This document shows, one piece after another, positions 33,075-44,122 of a stretch of DNA of 64,000 nt; position 1 is the first letter of the stretch, and every line of letters begins with the position of its first letter. Both the position numbers and the translations under genes were made by a program. Location: the NCBI GenBank assembly GCA_963845565.1, contig CAWJSJ010000001.1, forward strand, positions 544,001-608,000. Direction: 5' to 3'. This stretch comes from an uncultured Methylomirabilota bacterium (lineage in GTDB: Bacteria; Methylomirabilota; Methylomirabilia; Methylomirabilales; 2-02-FULL-66-22). Below the pieces are notes generated by a model that worked only from the letters and a program-made list of their open reading frames with translations, made no database searches and was not told the DNA's origin.

Positions 33075-34369
33075 GGCTGGCCGCCTCCGAGCGCGTCGCC
33101 CAGATCGCGCACCTTCATCCCTTCGCGCAGGAACGACACGCCGGCCACGGCGATGCGATCGCCCGGTTGCAGTCCCGTCCGTGATTTCGATCTCGCCGCC
33201 CGTCGCCTCGCCGAGTTTCACCGGGCGGCGCGAGACGGTTTGATCCGGCCCGACGACCCACACCACTTGCTCCCCCTTGCCGTCCTTGAAGACGGCAGAG
33301 ATCGGCACGAGGATCCGGTTGCCCCGGCTGCCGGCACGGAGCGTAGGTGAGGACGACCGTGGCCGTCATGCCCGGCAGCACATTCACGTCGGGCGGGGAC
33401 TTCATGGCGACCCGGACCTGGAAGGTCTGCGTCATCGGGTCGGCCGCCTGCGCCATCTCCGGATGCGCACCGGAAACTGACAGCCCGGGGGCGCTGCTGA
33501 ACGTCGCGATCACTTGCACAATGTCGGCCGGGCGAATGTCGGCGACCATGACCGTCTCCGGCACGTCCACGACGATGTCGATCTCGTCCACGTCCTGGAA
33601 CTGCACGACCGGCTCCTTCGCCCTGACGTTCTGCCCCTGTTCGACGAACCGCTGGGCGATCACGCCGTCGTAGGGGGCGCGCAGCGTGGAATCCTTGAGC
33701 TCGATGTTCGCTTCGACCACGCGGCCTTCCAGCCCGCGAACCTCGGCCTCCTGGGCCTCGATGTCTTCCGGACGGGCAGATCGCTCCCTTCTCGAGCATC
33801 TGCAGGGCGGCCTTGTAATCTTCCTGGGCAACGCGGTAGTTGGTTTCAGCACGGTCGAAATCGGCGCGCGGGACGGCCTTCAACTGGATCATCCGCCCGA
33901 AGCGCTCAAATTCCGTCCGGGCGTTCGCGAGCCTCGCCTCGGCCGCCCGCACCTGCGCTTCCCGTCGCAGCCGCTCCTCGGGTCGTTCCCCCGCACGCAA
34001 CGCGTTGAGGGCCGCGCGAGCCTGGTCGAGCTGGCCTTGCACGGTCTTCAGCCGGGCCTGAAATTCGTCCTGCCGGAGTTGGGCGATCACCTCGTTCTTG
34101 GCGACGCTCTGCCCCTCCTTGACCGGCAGCTTGACCAGCAGACCGGGGACCTGGAATGCCAGGTCGACGCTTCTCGACCCTTGAACCCTTCCAGGGAAGG
34201 AGCGTACTTGCGTTGCATCCCCGGCTGCCACGACCATCGTTTGCACGGGGCGAACCACCTCTGGACGAGGCGCCTCCTGCTGCGAGCATCCGACGGCGAA
34301 AGAGATTACTGATAACGCGATGGGCAGACTTGGAGCGAGGCCCCTGCGAGCGAAACGTCTGGGGTTCAT
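33071..34369 (-). CDS. RND efflux periplasmic adaptor (MFP) lipoprotein, several frameshifts
   Basis: Lipobox AVGC, FPGRVQG..DLAFQVPG..VKEGQ, LRAPYDGVI and LPGMTATV. Confidence 0.88.
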
Positions 34370-34809
34370 CACTGATTCTCCCCTCTGTGGGTGGGATTTC
34401 CCCGCAATGCCGTGGGATTGGCCCCTCGGGCCGTCACCACAAACAGAACCCGGCAGTCCACCAACCGGGATCGCCGGGTTGTCAACCAATGCTCGGAGGT
34501 CAAGCGTCTCTGCCGGCGGGGCGTCGCCGGTGTCCCCTTGGCACACGGCGAGTCTCCAGGCGAAACGGCCACCCCTTGGCTACTGGCACGTGTTTGTGCC
34601 CACTTAAGCCCCTGCTCCTGGAGCGTTAAGACTAGTAACACAGCAAGGCACCGTTGACAACTAGCGAAAATCGGCTCTGTGCAATGCCGAGTGGTGTTGG
34701 TCGTTGACCGCTGGGGTCAACCGGAGAGTGTGAAGACCAAAGTCCTATTGACACGGAATCCACACCATGGGATGTTTTTTTCTTGCTGCGGCCACTTCCG
34801 GGCTCGCGC

Positions 34810-35014
34810 CGACCTCGCGGGCGCCTCCAAAAACCGGGGCCTCTTCGCCGGGATCTCGGTCGAAGGGGCTGTCGTGCGGGTGCGGACGTCGCTCAACCGG
34901 TCCTACTTCGGTAAGGCCGTCACCCCAACGGACATCCTGGTGCGCCGGTCGGTCAAGAACAGGAATGCCAACAGCCTCCTCGACGCGGTCAAGAAGGCCG
35001 CCGCGGCGAGCTAA
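34810..35014 (+). pseudogene. C-terminal fragment of a YSC84/SYLF protein
   Basis: [33 protein letters not shown]; no upstream domain present. Confidence 0.65.
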
Positions 35015-35049
35015 GCGTCCGTCACAAGCTAAGGAAAGGAGACGATGTC

Positions 35050-37218
35050 ATGGGATCACCGTTCAGGGCAGTCGTTGCGCTGGCCATGGCGGCGGCAATG
35101 GCCGCGACCCTCATGAGCTGCACCGGAATCTCAAGCACCCCGGGAACCGCGCAAATCGCTCCGGCTGCCGCCCTCGCCCAGACTCCCGGCGCCTCTCTGA
35201 TGCCGGCCGACCAAGGCGCGACCGTCGCGAAGCACTTCGACCCACTCGGCAACCCGCCGTCGAAGTTCACGCTCGAACTGCGCAACGGCGTCAAGGCCGA
35301 GTTGCCGTTCGCCGACAAGCGCGACTTCGACGAAGCGAAGCGCGGCTTCATCGCCGAGCCTCCCTACACGAAGATCATAGCCGACGCCGGCCACGTCGCC
35401 TGGGACATGGGCAGCTACGGCTGGCTGCTGACCGGCAAGGACTTCGAGAGCATTCATCCGTCGCTGCAGCGCCAGGCCGTGCTCAATATGGCCTACGGGC
35501 TGTATGAAGTCGTCCCGGGGCGCATCTACCAGGTGCGCGGCTACGACCTCGCCAATATCAGCTTCATCAAGGGCGACACCGGCTGGATCGTCTTCGATCC
35601 GCTGACCGCCAAGGAGACGGCACGGGCGGCGCTTGGAGTTCGTCAACGAAAAGCTCGGCAAGCGGCCGGTCGTGGGCGTCGTCTACTCGCACTCGCACGT
35701 GGACCACTTCGGCGGCGTGCGCGGCGTGGTGGACGAGGCCGACGTGCAGAGCGGCAAGGTGATGGTCATCGCGCCGGAGCACTTCCTCGAGGCGGCGATC
35801 TCCGAGAACGTGTTCGCCGGCAACGCGATGACGCGGCGCTCGCAATGGCAGTACTCCGTGCTGCTGCAGCGTCGACCCCAATGGCCACGTCGACCAGGCG
35901 ATCGGCAAGAACGTGGCCAGCGGCAACACCGGGCTGATCCCGCCGAACCGGCTGGTGAGCAAGGACTTCGAGGAGATCACGCTCGACGGCGTGAAGATGG
36001 TGTTCCAGAACTCGCCCGACACCGAGGCGCCGGTCGAGATGAACACGTACTTCCCGCAGTTCAAGGCCCTCTGGGCGGCGGAGATCATCACCGGCACGAT
36101 CCACAACATCTACACGATTCGCGGCGCCGCCGTGCGCAACGCGCTCAACTGGTCGAAGGAGATCAACGAAGCGCTCTACAAGTTCGGCCAGGAAGCGGAG
36201 GTGATGTTCGCCTCGCATAGCTGGCCGCGCTGGGGCAACGCCCGCATCCAGGAAGTGCTGCGCGCGCAGCGCGACGCCTACGCCAACCTCAACAACCAGT
36301 CGCTGCACTACGCCAACCGGGGCGTCACGATCAACGAGATCCATAACGTCTACGAAGTGCCGAAGAGCCTGCGCGAGCAATGGGCGGCGCGCAGCTACCA
36401 CGGCGACGTGCAGAACAATACGCGCGGCGTGATCAACCGCTTCCTCGGCCACTACGACGGAAACCCGACCAACCTGATTCCGCTGTCGCCGAAGGACTCC
36501 GCGCCGCTTTATGTCGAGATGATGGGCGGCTCGGCGAAGATCATCGCCAAGGGCCAGGAGCTGATCGCGCAGGGTAAGTACCTGCATGCCACCGAGATTC
36601 TCAACCGGCTGGTGTTCGCCGAGCCGCAGAACCAGGCGGCCCGGCGGCTGCTCGCCGACGCCTTCGAGCAGCTCGGCTACCAGGCGGAGAGCACCAGCAC
36701 GCGCAACAGCTTCCTGCAGGGGGCTTTCGAACTGCGCAACGGTCTTCCGGGTGGGGTCCCGCCGCGGACGACGGGGCCGGACGTCGTGCGCGCGATGTCG
36801 ACGGAGCAGTGGCTCGACTTCATCGGCATCAGCATCGATCCGAAGAGGGCCGAGGGGCTGAAGTTCACGTTCAACCTCCTCACGCCCGACAACGGCGAGC
36901 GCTACGCGATCGAGATGAGCAACGCGACGCTTACCAGCATCAAGGGCTTCCAGGCGAAGAACCCGGACCTCACCGTGACGGTGAACCGCGCCGACCTCAA
37001 TCAGGTGATGATGGGGCGCAACATCGTTCGACGACCTGATCGCGGCCGGGAAGGCGAAGTTCGAGGGCAACCGGACGGGATTCGACCAGCTGCGATCCAT
37101 CCTCGTCCCGTTCACGCCGGACTTCGAGATCCTGCCCGGCACGGCGCCGAAGGAGCGGGCCGCCCCGCCGAAACCGTTCGAGGTTCGTGACCTCGTCAAC
37201 CCGCTGGTCGGCGACTGA
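35050..37218 (+). CDS. Alkyl/aryl sulfatase (SdsA1/BDS1/YjcS, MBL fold), probable lipoprotein; frameshifts near 35635, 35875 and 37020
   Basis: [57 protein letters not shown] and an SCP2-like C-terminus. Confidence 0.92.
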
Positions 37219-37483
37219 GCGCTGGGTCCGATGGGTTGTTTCCGCTGGGCGGCCCGGGACGCCGACGAAGGCCCCGAAGGCGTTCGAGGTGCCCGAGTTG
37301 CTGTCGGCACAGGTGACCGACTGAGGCACGCAACCCAGGATTGAGGAGTGGGGTACCATGCAGAGAAGCTGCGAAGTCGCGCGGAGATTCCGTCTCCCGG
37401 CGGGTTCAGAACAGGGTCCGAGACATCTGCATGCCCATGGAACACCGCCCGGAATAACCCGGAGTCTTCACGCAGGAGGAAAT

Positions 37484-38616
37484 ATGAGAACATGGAGCCT
37501 GGCGATCGGCGTCGTGCTGGCCAGTGTCTTCCCGGCGGGGCGGCGGACCCGCCGCTGATGTGCTTCGGTAACGAGCCGTCGTGGGGCTTGGCCCTCGAAC
37601 AGCCTGGCACGGCGCAGCTCATGCTGCCGGATGCGCCTCCCACGGCGTACGAGGGAACGGACACGCGCCTTGAGCCACTCCGGGAACGAGTGTGGCGCGG
37701 CAGGCTTGCCGGGGGCACGGGTTCCGACCTCGTGGCCTTCCTCCGCGAGGCCGAATGCAGCGACGGCATGTCTGACGTGAAGCACCCCGTGGTGGCGCGG
37801 GTCTCGCTGCCCGACGGGCGGTTCCTGGTAGGATGCTGCCGGCTCGTGGCTTCGGGAACCCCGGCGCCACCTGCGGTGGGCGCGGCGCCGAGCGCGGCGT
37901 CCGCCACGCTCGAAGGGCCCCTCTGGCGACTGACCCACCTCCGCGGACAGGACGAGAAAGCCTTCGCCGCGCTGCCGACGGGCATCACCGTCCGGTTCGG
38001 GGCCGGACAGCTCCAGGGGTTCGACGGCTGCAACCAGCTCGCGGGCTCCTACACCATCGACCGCGACCGCGTGATCCTCGGCACCCTCGCCGGAACGATG
38101 ATGGCATGCCCGCCGCCGGTGATGACGGTCGAGACGGCGTTCAGGGGCGCCTTCACCGGCGCGCTCCGCTTCAGCGTGGCCGACGGCCGCCTGACCCTCA
38201 CTGCGGAGTCGGACACGGACCCGACGCTCGTCTTCGCGGCCGCGCCCCCACCCCGCCTCGAGGGGATCGCCTGGGAGGTCACGGGCTTCAACAACGGCCG
38301 TCAGGCGGTGGTGAGCCCACTGACCGGCACCACGATCACCGTGTCCTTCCAGGACGGGTCGGTGGTGGGCCACGCCGGGTGCAACAGCTTCCGGGCGACC
38401 TACAAGCGCGAAGGGACTCGCCTCGCCGTCGGACCCGCGGCAACGACGCGGATGCACTGCGCCGGGGAGGGCCTCATGGAACAGGAGCGTCAGTTCCTGG
38501 CGGCGCTCGAGTCGGCGACGAGGTGGGCGATCGACCGCGACATGCTTGACCTGCATCGCGCGGACGGCGAGCGTGTGCTGCTCGCTCGCCGGGGCGGTGA
38601 AGTAGCCGGAATCTGA
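37484..38616 (+). CDS. Secreted protein with two META domains and an N-terminal GNEP/CSDGMSD domain; frameshift near 37540
   Basis: AGGAGG RBS and MRTWSLAIGVV signal; CFGNEPSW, CSDGMSD, GFDGCN..TMMAC and GHAGCN..TTRMHC. Confidence 0.85.
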
Positions 38617-38877
38617 CTCGCGCACCTCGCCCGTACACTCTCGATCCCTGGCCCGGCCGCGCGCCTGGGTTCGCGCCCACGATTTCCCGCAGCGGCAGCG
38701 GATAATCTATTGACACGCTCGCGCTACCATGGCACTTTGCTTTTCGGCCGCGGCCGTCCCCTTGATTACGTTGGGCTTGCGGGCGTTTGCGGGCGGCACG
38801 ACCCGGCAGTACAGCAGTACATTCGGATCACGAAGGGCGTTCTTCACCACGACGGACAACGGACAAGGAGACAGGGC

Positions 38878-39372
38878 ATGGCGAGCACACTGGTGGCGAT
38901 CGAGTACGACGATCCGCACAAGGCGGAGGAAATGCGCCTCAAGCTGATCAAGATGCAAAAGGAGTATCTCATCGATCTCGAGGACGCGGTCGTGGCCGTG
39001 AAGGACGACAAGGGGAAGATCAAGCTGCACCAGTCGATCAACCTGACGGCCCACGGTGCCACGAGCGGCGGCTTCTGGGGCGCGCTGGTCGGCCTCCTCT
39101 TCCTGAACCCACTCCTGGGCATGGCGATGGGGGCGGCCGCCGGGGCGGTCTCGGGGGCCCTCACCGACCTGGGCATCAATGACAAGTTCATGAAGGAATT
39201 GGCCGCCGGTATGACGCCCGGGGGTTCGACGCTCTTCGTCCTGGTCAGGAAGGCCACACCGGAGCGGGTGCTCGAAGAGATGCAGGGCACGGGCGGCAGG
39301 ATCCTGAAAACGTCGCTCGCGCACGAGGATGAGGCCAAGCTCCAGGCCGCGCTGAGCGCCGCCAAGGGTTAA
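38878..39372 (+). CDS. DUF1269 family protein
   Basis: LIDLEDAVVAVKD..GGFWGALVGLLFLNP..DLGINDKFMKE..GGRILKTSL. Confidence 0.92.
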   Translation: MASTLVAIEYDDPHKAEEMRLKLIKMQKEYLIDLEDAVVAVKDDKGKIKLHQSINLTAHGATSGGFWGALVGLLFLNPLLGMAMGAAAGAVSGALTDLGINDKFMKELAAGMTPGGSTLFVLVRKATPERVLEEMQGTGGRILKTSLAHEDEAKLQAALSAAKG

Positions 39373-39605
39373 CCCGCTTTATTCGCGAACGCAGATCGCG
39401 AATAAAGCGGGTTGAATTCCACCCCGTGCCCGTGCGGTCGGCGATCCGGGAGGGATCAGGCGTTGCCGGTACGCGGTGACGCCGCCCCAACCTGGCGGAC
39501 GGTACCCGGTCCGCCCACCACCACGTATCCTCCCGCTGCAGGCGGGAATGGCTGCTGTCAGGTAAACCCGGATTATTCACGAATCCTTCGTGAATAATCC
39601 GGGTT
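39371..39605. mobile_element. Family 3 composite element (~235 bp) with a palindrome at each end
   Basis: AACCCGCTTTATTCGCGA..TCGCGAATAAAGCGGGTT (39371-39413) and AACCCGGATTATTCACGAA..TTCGTGAATAATCCGGGTT (39566-39605). Confidence 0.8.
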
Positions 39606-39706
39606 TGGCGGGCCCCGATCCCCTCGGTGTCTTCCTGCCTTGGTTGTGAAAAGAATGAAAGAATGTCGGATCGAGGCTAACACATTCGATTGTAAGGAGT
39701 GGCGTC

Positions 39707-41338
39707 ATGAGCGAGGCGAAAGACGCTCCAAAGACAATGATGCAGAGAGTCCTGGACGTGGTCGAGAAGGTGGGGAACAAGGTCCCTCACCCGGCGATCA
39801 TCTTCCTTCTCCTCATCGCCATCGTCGTGGTCGTCTCCGCCCTCCTGGAGGCGACGGGGACGAGTCACTCCACCTATGAGGTGATCGTTCCGGAGCCGCC
39901 CGCGATCGCGACGGGAGCAGCCCCCGGCCCCAGTGTGTATGATTCGGGAACGACCGTCGCCTATCAGGCCATCGATCCGGCGAAGTACAGGATCGAGAAG
40001 CGAACGGTGTCCGCCAAGAGCCTGCTGACGGCGGAGGGCATCCGCTTCATCTACTCGTCGCTGATCCCGAACTTCATGAGTTTCACGGCGGTCGGCCTGA
40101 TGATCGTGGCCATGATCGGCGCCGGCGTCGCCGAGGAGTCCGGCCTGGTCAGGCGCTGATCCGCAAGCTGGTGATCGTGTCTCCGGGCTGGGCGCTGACC
40201 TACATCCTGGCCTTCGTCGGCATCCTGTCGAGCATCGCCGCGGATGCCGGCTATCTGGTCCTGATTCCGCTCGGCGGGGATCGCCTTCCTCAGCGTCGGC
40301 CGACATCCGCTCGCCGGGCTGGCCCTGGGCTTCGCCGCGGTCGCCGGCGCCTTCACCGTGAACATGCTGATCAAGCCGCTCGATGCCGTCCTGGTCGAGT
40401 TCACCAACGACGCCATCCATCTGGTCGATCCCAGCAAGTCGATCGGTCTGACCTCGAATCTCTGGTTCTCCATCGCCTCGGTCATCTTCCTGACGTTCCT
40501 CATCGCTTCATCACCGAGACGAATCATCGAGCCGCGTCTGGGCGAAGTACCAGGCGAGAGAAGCCCGACGAAGCAGGGTGCGGAGCTCTCCGCCGACGAG
40601 TCACGCGGCCTGCGCTGCGCGGTGCTCGGCCTCCTCGGGGTTCTCGTCGTCTTCGGCCTGTTGACGCTACCGCCGGGCGCGCCGCTGCGCAATCCGGACA
40701 CGCGGCGAACTGATCGGCAACTCGCCGTTCATGAACGGCCTGATCGCCCTCATCATGGTGATGTTCCTGGTGACCGGGGCCGCTACGGCATCGGCGCCGG
40801 GACGCTGAAGAGCGCTGACCGACGTCATCAAGGCGATCGAGAAGGCGCTGGCCGGCATGGGCGGCCTGATCTTTCTGTTCTTCATCCTCAGCCAGTTCGT
40901 CGCCTACTTCAACTACACCAACATGGGCACGATCATGGCCCTGAAGATGTCCGACGTGCTCAAGACGGCCAACATCGGCCCGTTCTGGTTGCTGCATCGG
41001 CTTCATCGTCGTGGTCGCCATCATCGATCTGCTGCTCACCGGCGCCATCGCCAAATGGGCGATCTTCGCGCCGGTCTTCGTGCCGCTGCTGATGAAGCTC
41101 GGCGTCGATCCCGAGGCCGTGCTGGCGGCCTACCGCGTCGGCGATTCGCCGATGAACGCGATCACGCCGCTCAACGCCTACTTCGCGCTGGTCGTCGGCT
41201 TCGCCCAGAAGTACGACAAGAACGCCGGCGTCGGCACCGTCGTGTCGCTGATGCTGCCCTACGTCGTCGATCATGTTCGTGCTCTGGACGCTGCTCTTCG
41301 CCGTCTGGCAGTTGCTGGGACTGCCCTGGGGCCTGTGA
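39707..41338 (+). CDS. AbgT family transporter, multiple frameshifts
   Basis: VEKVGNKVPHPAIIF, GAGVAEESGL, DAGYLVLIPL, HPLAGL, AKWAIFAPVFVP and YRVGDSPMNAITP. Confidence 0.9.
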
Positions 41339-41440
41339 CGAGCAGCGGGCATCATCGCCCGAGCAGTGCAGCTGATGCGCGGCCGGCAGGATCAATATCC
41401 CGAGGTCGATCGTACTCGGTACGCAGAAAGGAGCCACGCC

Positions 41441-42643
41441 ATGAGCACACCACCATTCCCCTCGACGTGAAGGCCGCCGAGGAACACCTGATGCGCTTCC
41501 TCGCGGTCGAAGGCGTGACCGGCCAGGAAGCGGCAATCGCCGCCGCGGTCACCGACGAGCTGAAGAAGGTCGGCGTGCCCGCCTCCGCCATCCGCTTCGA
41601 CACCGTCAACAAGCGCATCCCGCTGCCGACGGAGACCGGCAACCTGATCGTCGACCTGCCCGGCACGCGCCCGGGCCCGCGGCTGCTGTTCTCGACGCAT
41701 CTCGACACCGTGCCGCTCTGCGCCGGCGCAAAGCCGAGGCGCGAGGGCGACCGCATCGTCTCCGACGGCACGACCGCGCTCGGCGGCGACAACCGCACCG
41801 GCTGCGCCGTGCTGGTGACGCTGGCCGAGACGCTGCTCAAGCACAAGCTGCCGCACCCGCCGATCACGCTGCTCTTCACCGTGCGCGAGGAGAGCGGCCT
41901 GCACGGCGCGCGCGAACTGGATCCGACGGATCTCGGCGGCGCCGCGATGTGCTTCAACGTCGACGGCAAGCTCGCCGCCGAGCTGATCATCGGCGCGGTC
42001 GGCCAGGAGAACTGGGAGGTCGAGATCAACGGCAAGGCCTCCCATGCCGGCGTCGCGCCGGAGAAGGGCATCTCGGCGACGCTCGTCGGCGCCCTCGCGC
42101 TGACCGAGGCGCACCGCGGCGGCTGGTTCGGCAAGGTGGTGAAGCCCGACGGGCAACGGCACCAGCAACGTCGGCATCTTCGGCGGCAAGGACGGCAAGC
42201 CGGCCGGCGACGCCACCAACGTCGTGACCGACTACGTCCACCTCAAGGGCGAGGCGCGCAGCCCGGAGGCGGCCTTCGCCGCCGCCATCGCGAAGGCGTA
42301 CCGCGAGGCCTTCGCCAAGGCGCAAGCGGAGGTGAAGGACGCCGACGGGGCGACCGCCGAGGTGAAGTTCACCAGCAAGCCCTCCTATCCGCCGTTCAAG
42401 CTGGCCGAGGACGCGCCGGCCGTGCAGCACGCCAAGAAGGCGGCGGAGTCGCTCGGCCTGAAGCCGACCACGGTGTTCTCCAACGGCGGCCTCGACGCCA
42501 ACTGGCTCGACAAGCACGGCGTGCCGACCGTGACCATCGGCGCCGGGCAGTACGAGATCCACACGGTCAAGGAGTACGTCGACCTGCCGGAGTTCGCCAA
42601 CGGCTGCCGGCTGGCGGTGGCGCTGGCGACCCTGGAGGGCTAG
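41441..42643 (+). CDS. M20/M25/M40 metallopeptidase (peptidase T-like); frameshifts near 41450 and 42155
   Basis: HLDTV, LGGDNR, REESG, GKASHAG, GGLDAN and IHT. Confidence 0.88.
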
Positions 42644-42882
42644 GCCGTGGCCGTGCCGCGGAAAAGCGGCAGGCTTCGCCGCGCCGCGCGGCTGACGGGT
42701 AGACGTAACGCCAAGCCAAGGACGGATTGCCGGAAGCGGAGACCGACGAGGTGTCCGATCGTGCGCACCGCCCAAACTGGCGGCCCAGGCGGCGATCCCG
42801 TAGGTTCCCCGGGTTGCGTCGCGAGCGGCGCTGAGACCAAGCGGCGGGGCGGGGACACGCCCCGCAGAGGAGGAGGCAGCGA

Positions 42883-43365
42883 ATGGCGGCACACAGACGC
42901 TCGTGCATGATACTCCTGACGGTCGCCGTGGCGAGCGCGCTCGGCGCGGCGGGCGCCGGGGCGCAGCAGCTCTTCATCTATCCGCAGCGGGGCCAGAGCC
43001 CCCAGCAACAACAACAGGATCGCTTCGAGTGCCACCAATGGGCCGTGCAGCAGACCGGCTTCGACCCCATGATGGGGACGGCGCCGCCGCCGCCGGCGCC
43101 GGCGCCGACGACGGGCGCCGTCCGGGGCGCCGCGCGCGGGGCGGCCCTCGGGGCGGTCGGCGGGGCCATCGGCGGCAACGCGGGCCGGGGCGCGGCGATC
43201 GGCGCCGGGACCGGGGCGGTGTTCGGGACGATGCGGCGCAACGACCAGATTCGCCAGGGCCAGGCGCAGCAATCGGCCCACGCCCAGCATTCTGGCCAGC
43301 AGATGGAACGATTTAACCGAGCGGTCGCCACTTGCCTGTCGGGGCGCGGCTACACGGTCAACTAG
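42883..43365 (+). CDS. Secreted glycine-zipper (YMGG-like) protein
   Basis: Signal peptide, IYPQRGQS..DRFECHQWA, GAARGAALGAVGGAIGG and CLSGRGYTV. Confidence 0.85.
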   Translation: MAAHRRSCMILLTVAVASALGAAGAGAQQLFIYPQRGQSPQQQQQDRFECHQWAVQQTGFDPMMGTAPPPPAPAPTTGAVRGAARGAALGAVGGAIGGNAGRGAAIGAGTGAVFGTMRRNDQIRQGQAQQSAHAQHSGQQMERFNRAVATCLSGRGYTVN

Positions 43366-43520
43366 TAGGCTGCTGAAAAAGGCCCATCTGCGGCGTTGGT
43401 CCGCCTCGCCACTCGCTGCGGCGTACCTGCAGTACGCCTCACTCGGGCTGCGGCGGGCCGCCTTGCACCTGGACCTTTTTGAGCAGCCTGGGCAAAGAAC
43501 GGATTTTTCAGCAACCTACT
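43364..43520 (+). mobile_element. Miniature palindromic element, family 1, copy b (best-preserved terminal inverted repeats)
   Basis: AGTAGGCTGCTGAAAAA...TTTTTCAGCAACCTACT, with an inner arm TTTTTGAGCAGCCTG. Confidence 0.85.
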
Positions 43521-43546
43521 GGGTTCGCACCCAGACGGAGCGACAC

Positions 43547-43957
43547 ATGAACGCTTGGACGAAACCTGTCGTGTGCGCGATTCTCCTGACGGCGTTGGCC
43601 GGGGCGCCCGGCCTCGCCGCGGCCGGCCCCTATGACGGCGGGCGCCCCTTCCTGTGCGCCGTGACGGCGATCCTGGAATGCGGCGCCGCCGGCGAGTGCG
43701 AGCGCCACCTCGCCGACGACGAGACCGCCCCCGCCATCCTCAAGGTCGACGTGGCCGGCCAGACGGTCACCACCGGGACCGCCCGGAAGAGCGCGATCAA
43801 GAGCGTCACGCGCCTGGACGGCCAGTTGATCCTGCAGGGAGGCGAGAACGGGCGGGGCTGGAGCGCGACGGTCGACGAGGACACCGGACGCATGGCCGTC
43901 GCCATCGTCGACAACGACTACACCTTCTCGCTCTTCGGCGCCTGCACCCTCCCGTAA
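43547..43957 (+). CDS. Hypothetical secreted protein with 4 Cys in the mature part
   Basis: GGAG RBS, signal peptide, PFLCA..ILQGGENGRGWS..FGAC. Confidence 0.75.
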   Translation: MNAWTKPVVCAILLTALAGAPGLAAAGPYDGGRPFLCAVTAILECGAAGECERHLADDETAPAILKVDVAGQTVTTGTARKSAIKSVTRLDGQLILQGGENGRGWSATVDEDTGRMAVAIVDNDYTFSLFGACTLP

Positions 43958-44001
43958 CCGCCGGCGGGGCCATCGGGCGGCCAGGGTACCGGTGTGCGAC
44001 C
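43620..44001 (+). repeat. 382-bp direct repeat, copy 1
   Basis: Matches 46801-47182 at offset 3181; two substitutions seen by eye. Confidence 0.95.
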
Positions 44002-44122
44002 ATCCCGCTGGGTGCTCGTGCGCGGGGCGGACGCGAACCTCGGCCCGACGAGGGTCCGACGGCCGTCGGCATCGTCAAGGCGCCGATTGCCTTTCTCGGC
44101 TCGTCCAGATTCCTGCGTGTCA

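Noticed and set aside
34584..34600. Sigma54 promoter TGGCACG..
   Set aside because: The GG-N10-GC spacing is not met and no suitably placed gene follows.
41011..42702. Apparent AbgT-M20 peptidase fusion ORF
   Set aside because: Created by indels; AbgT ends at 41338 and the peptidase has its own RBS and ATG at 41441.
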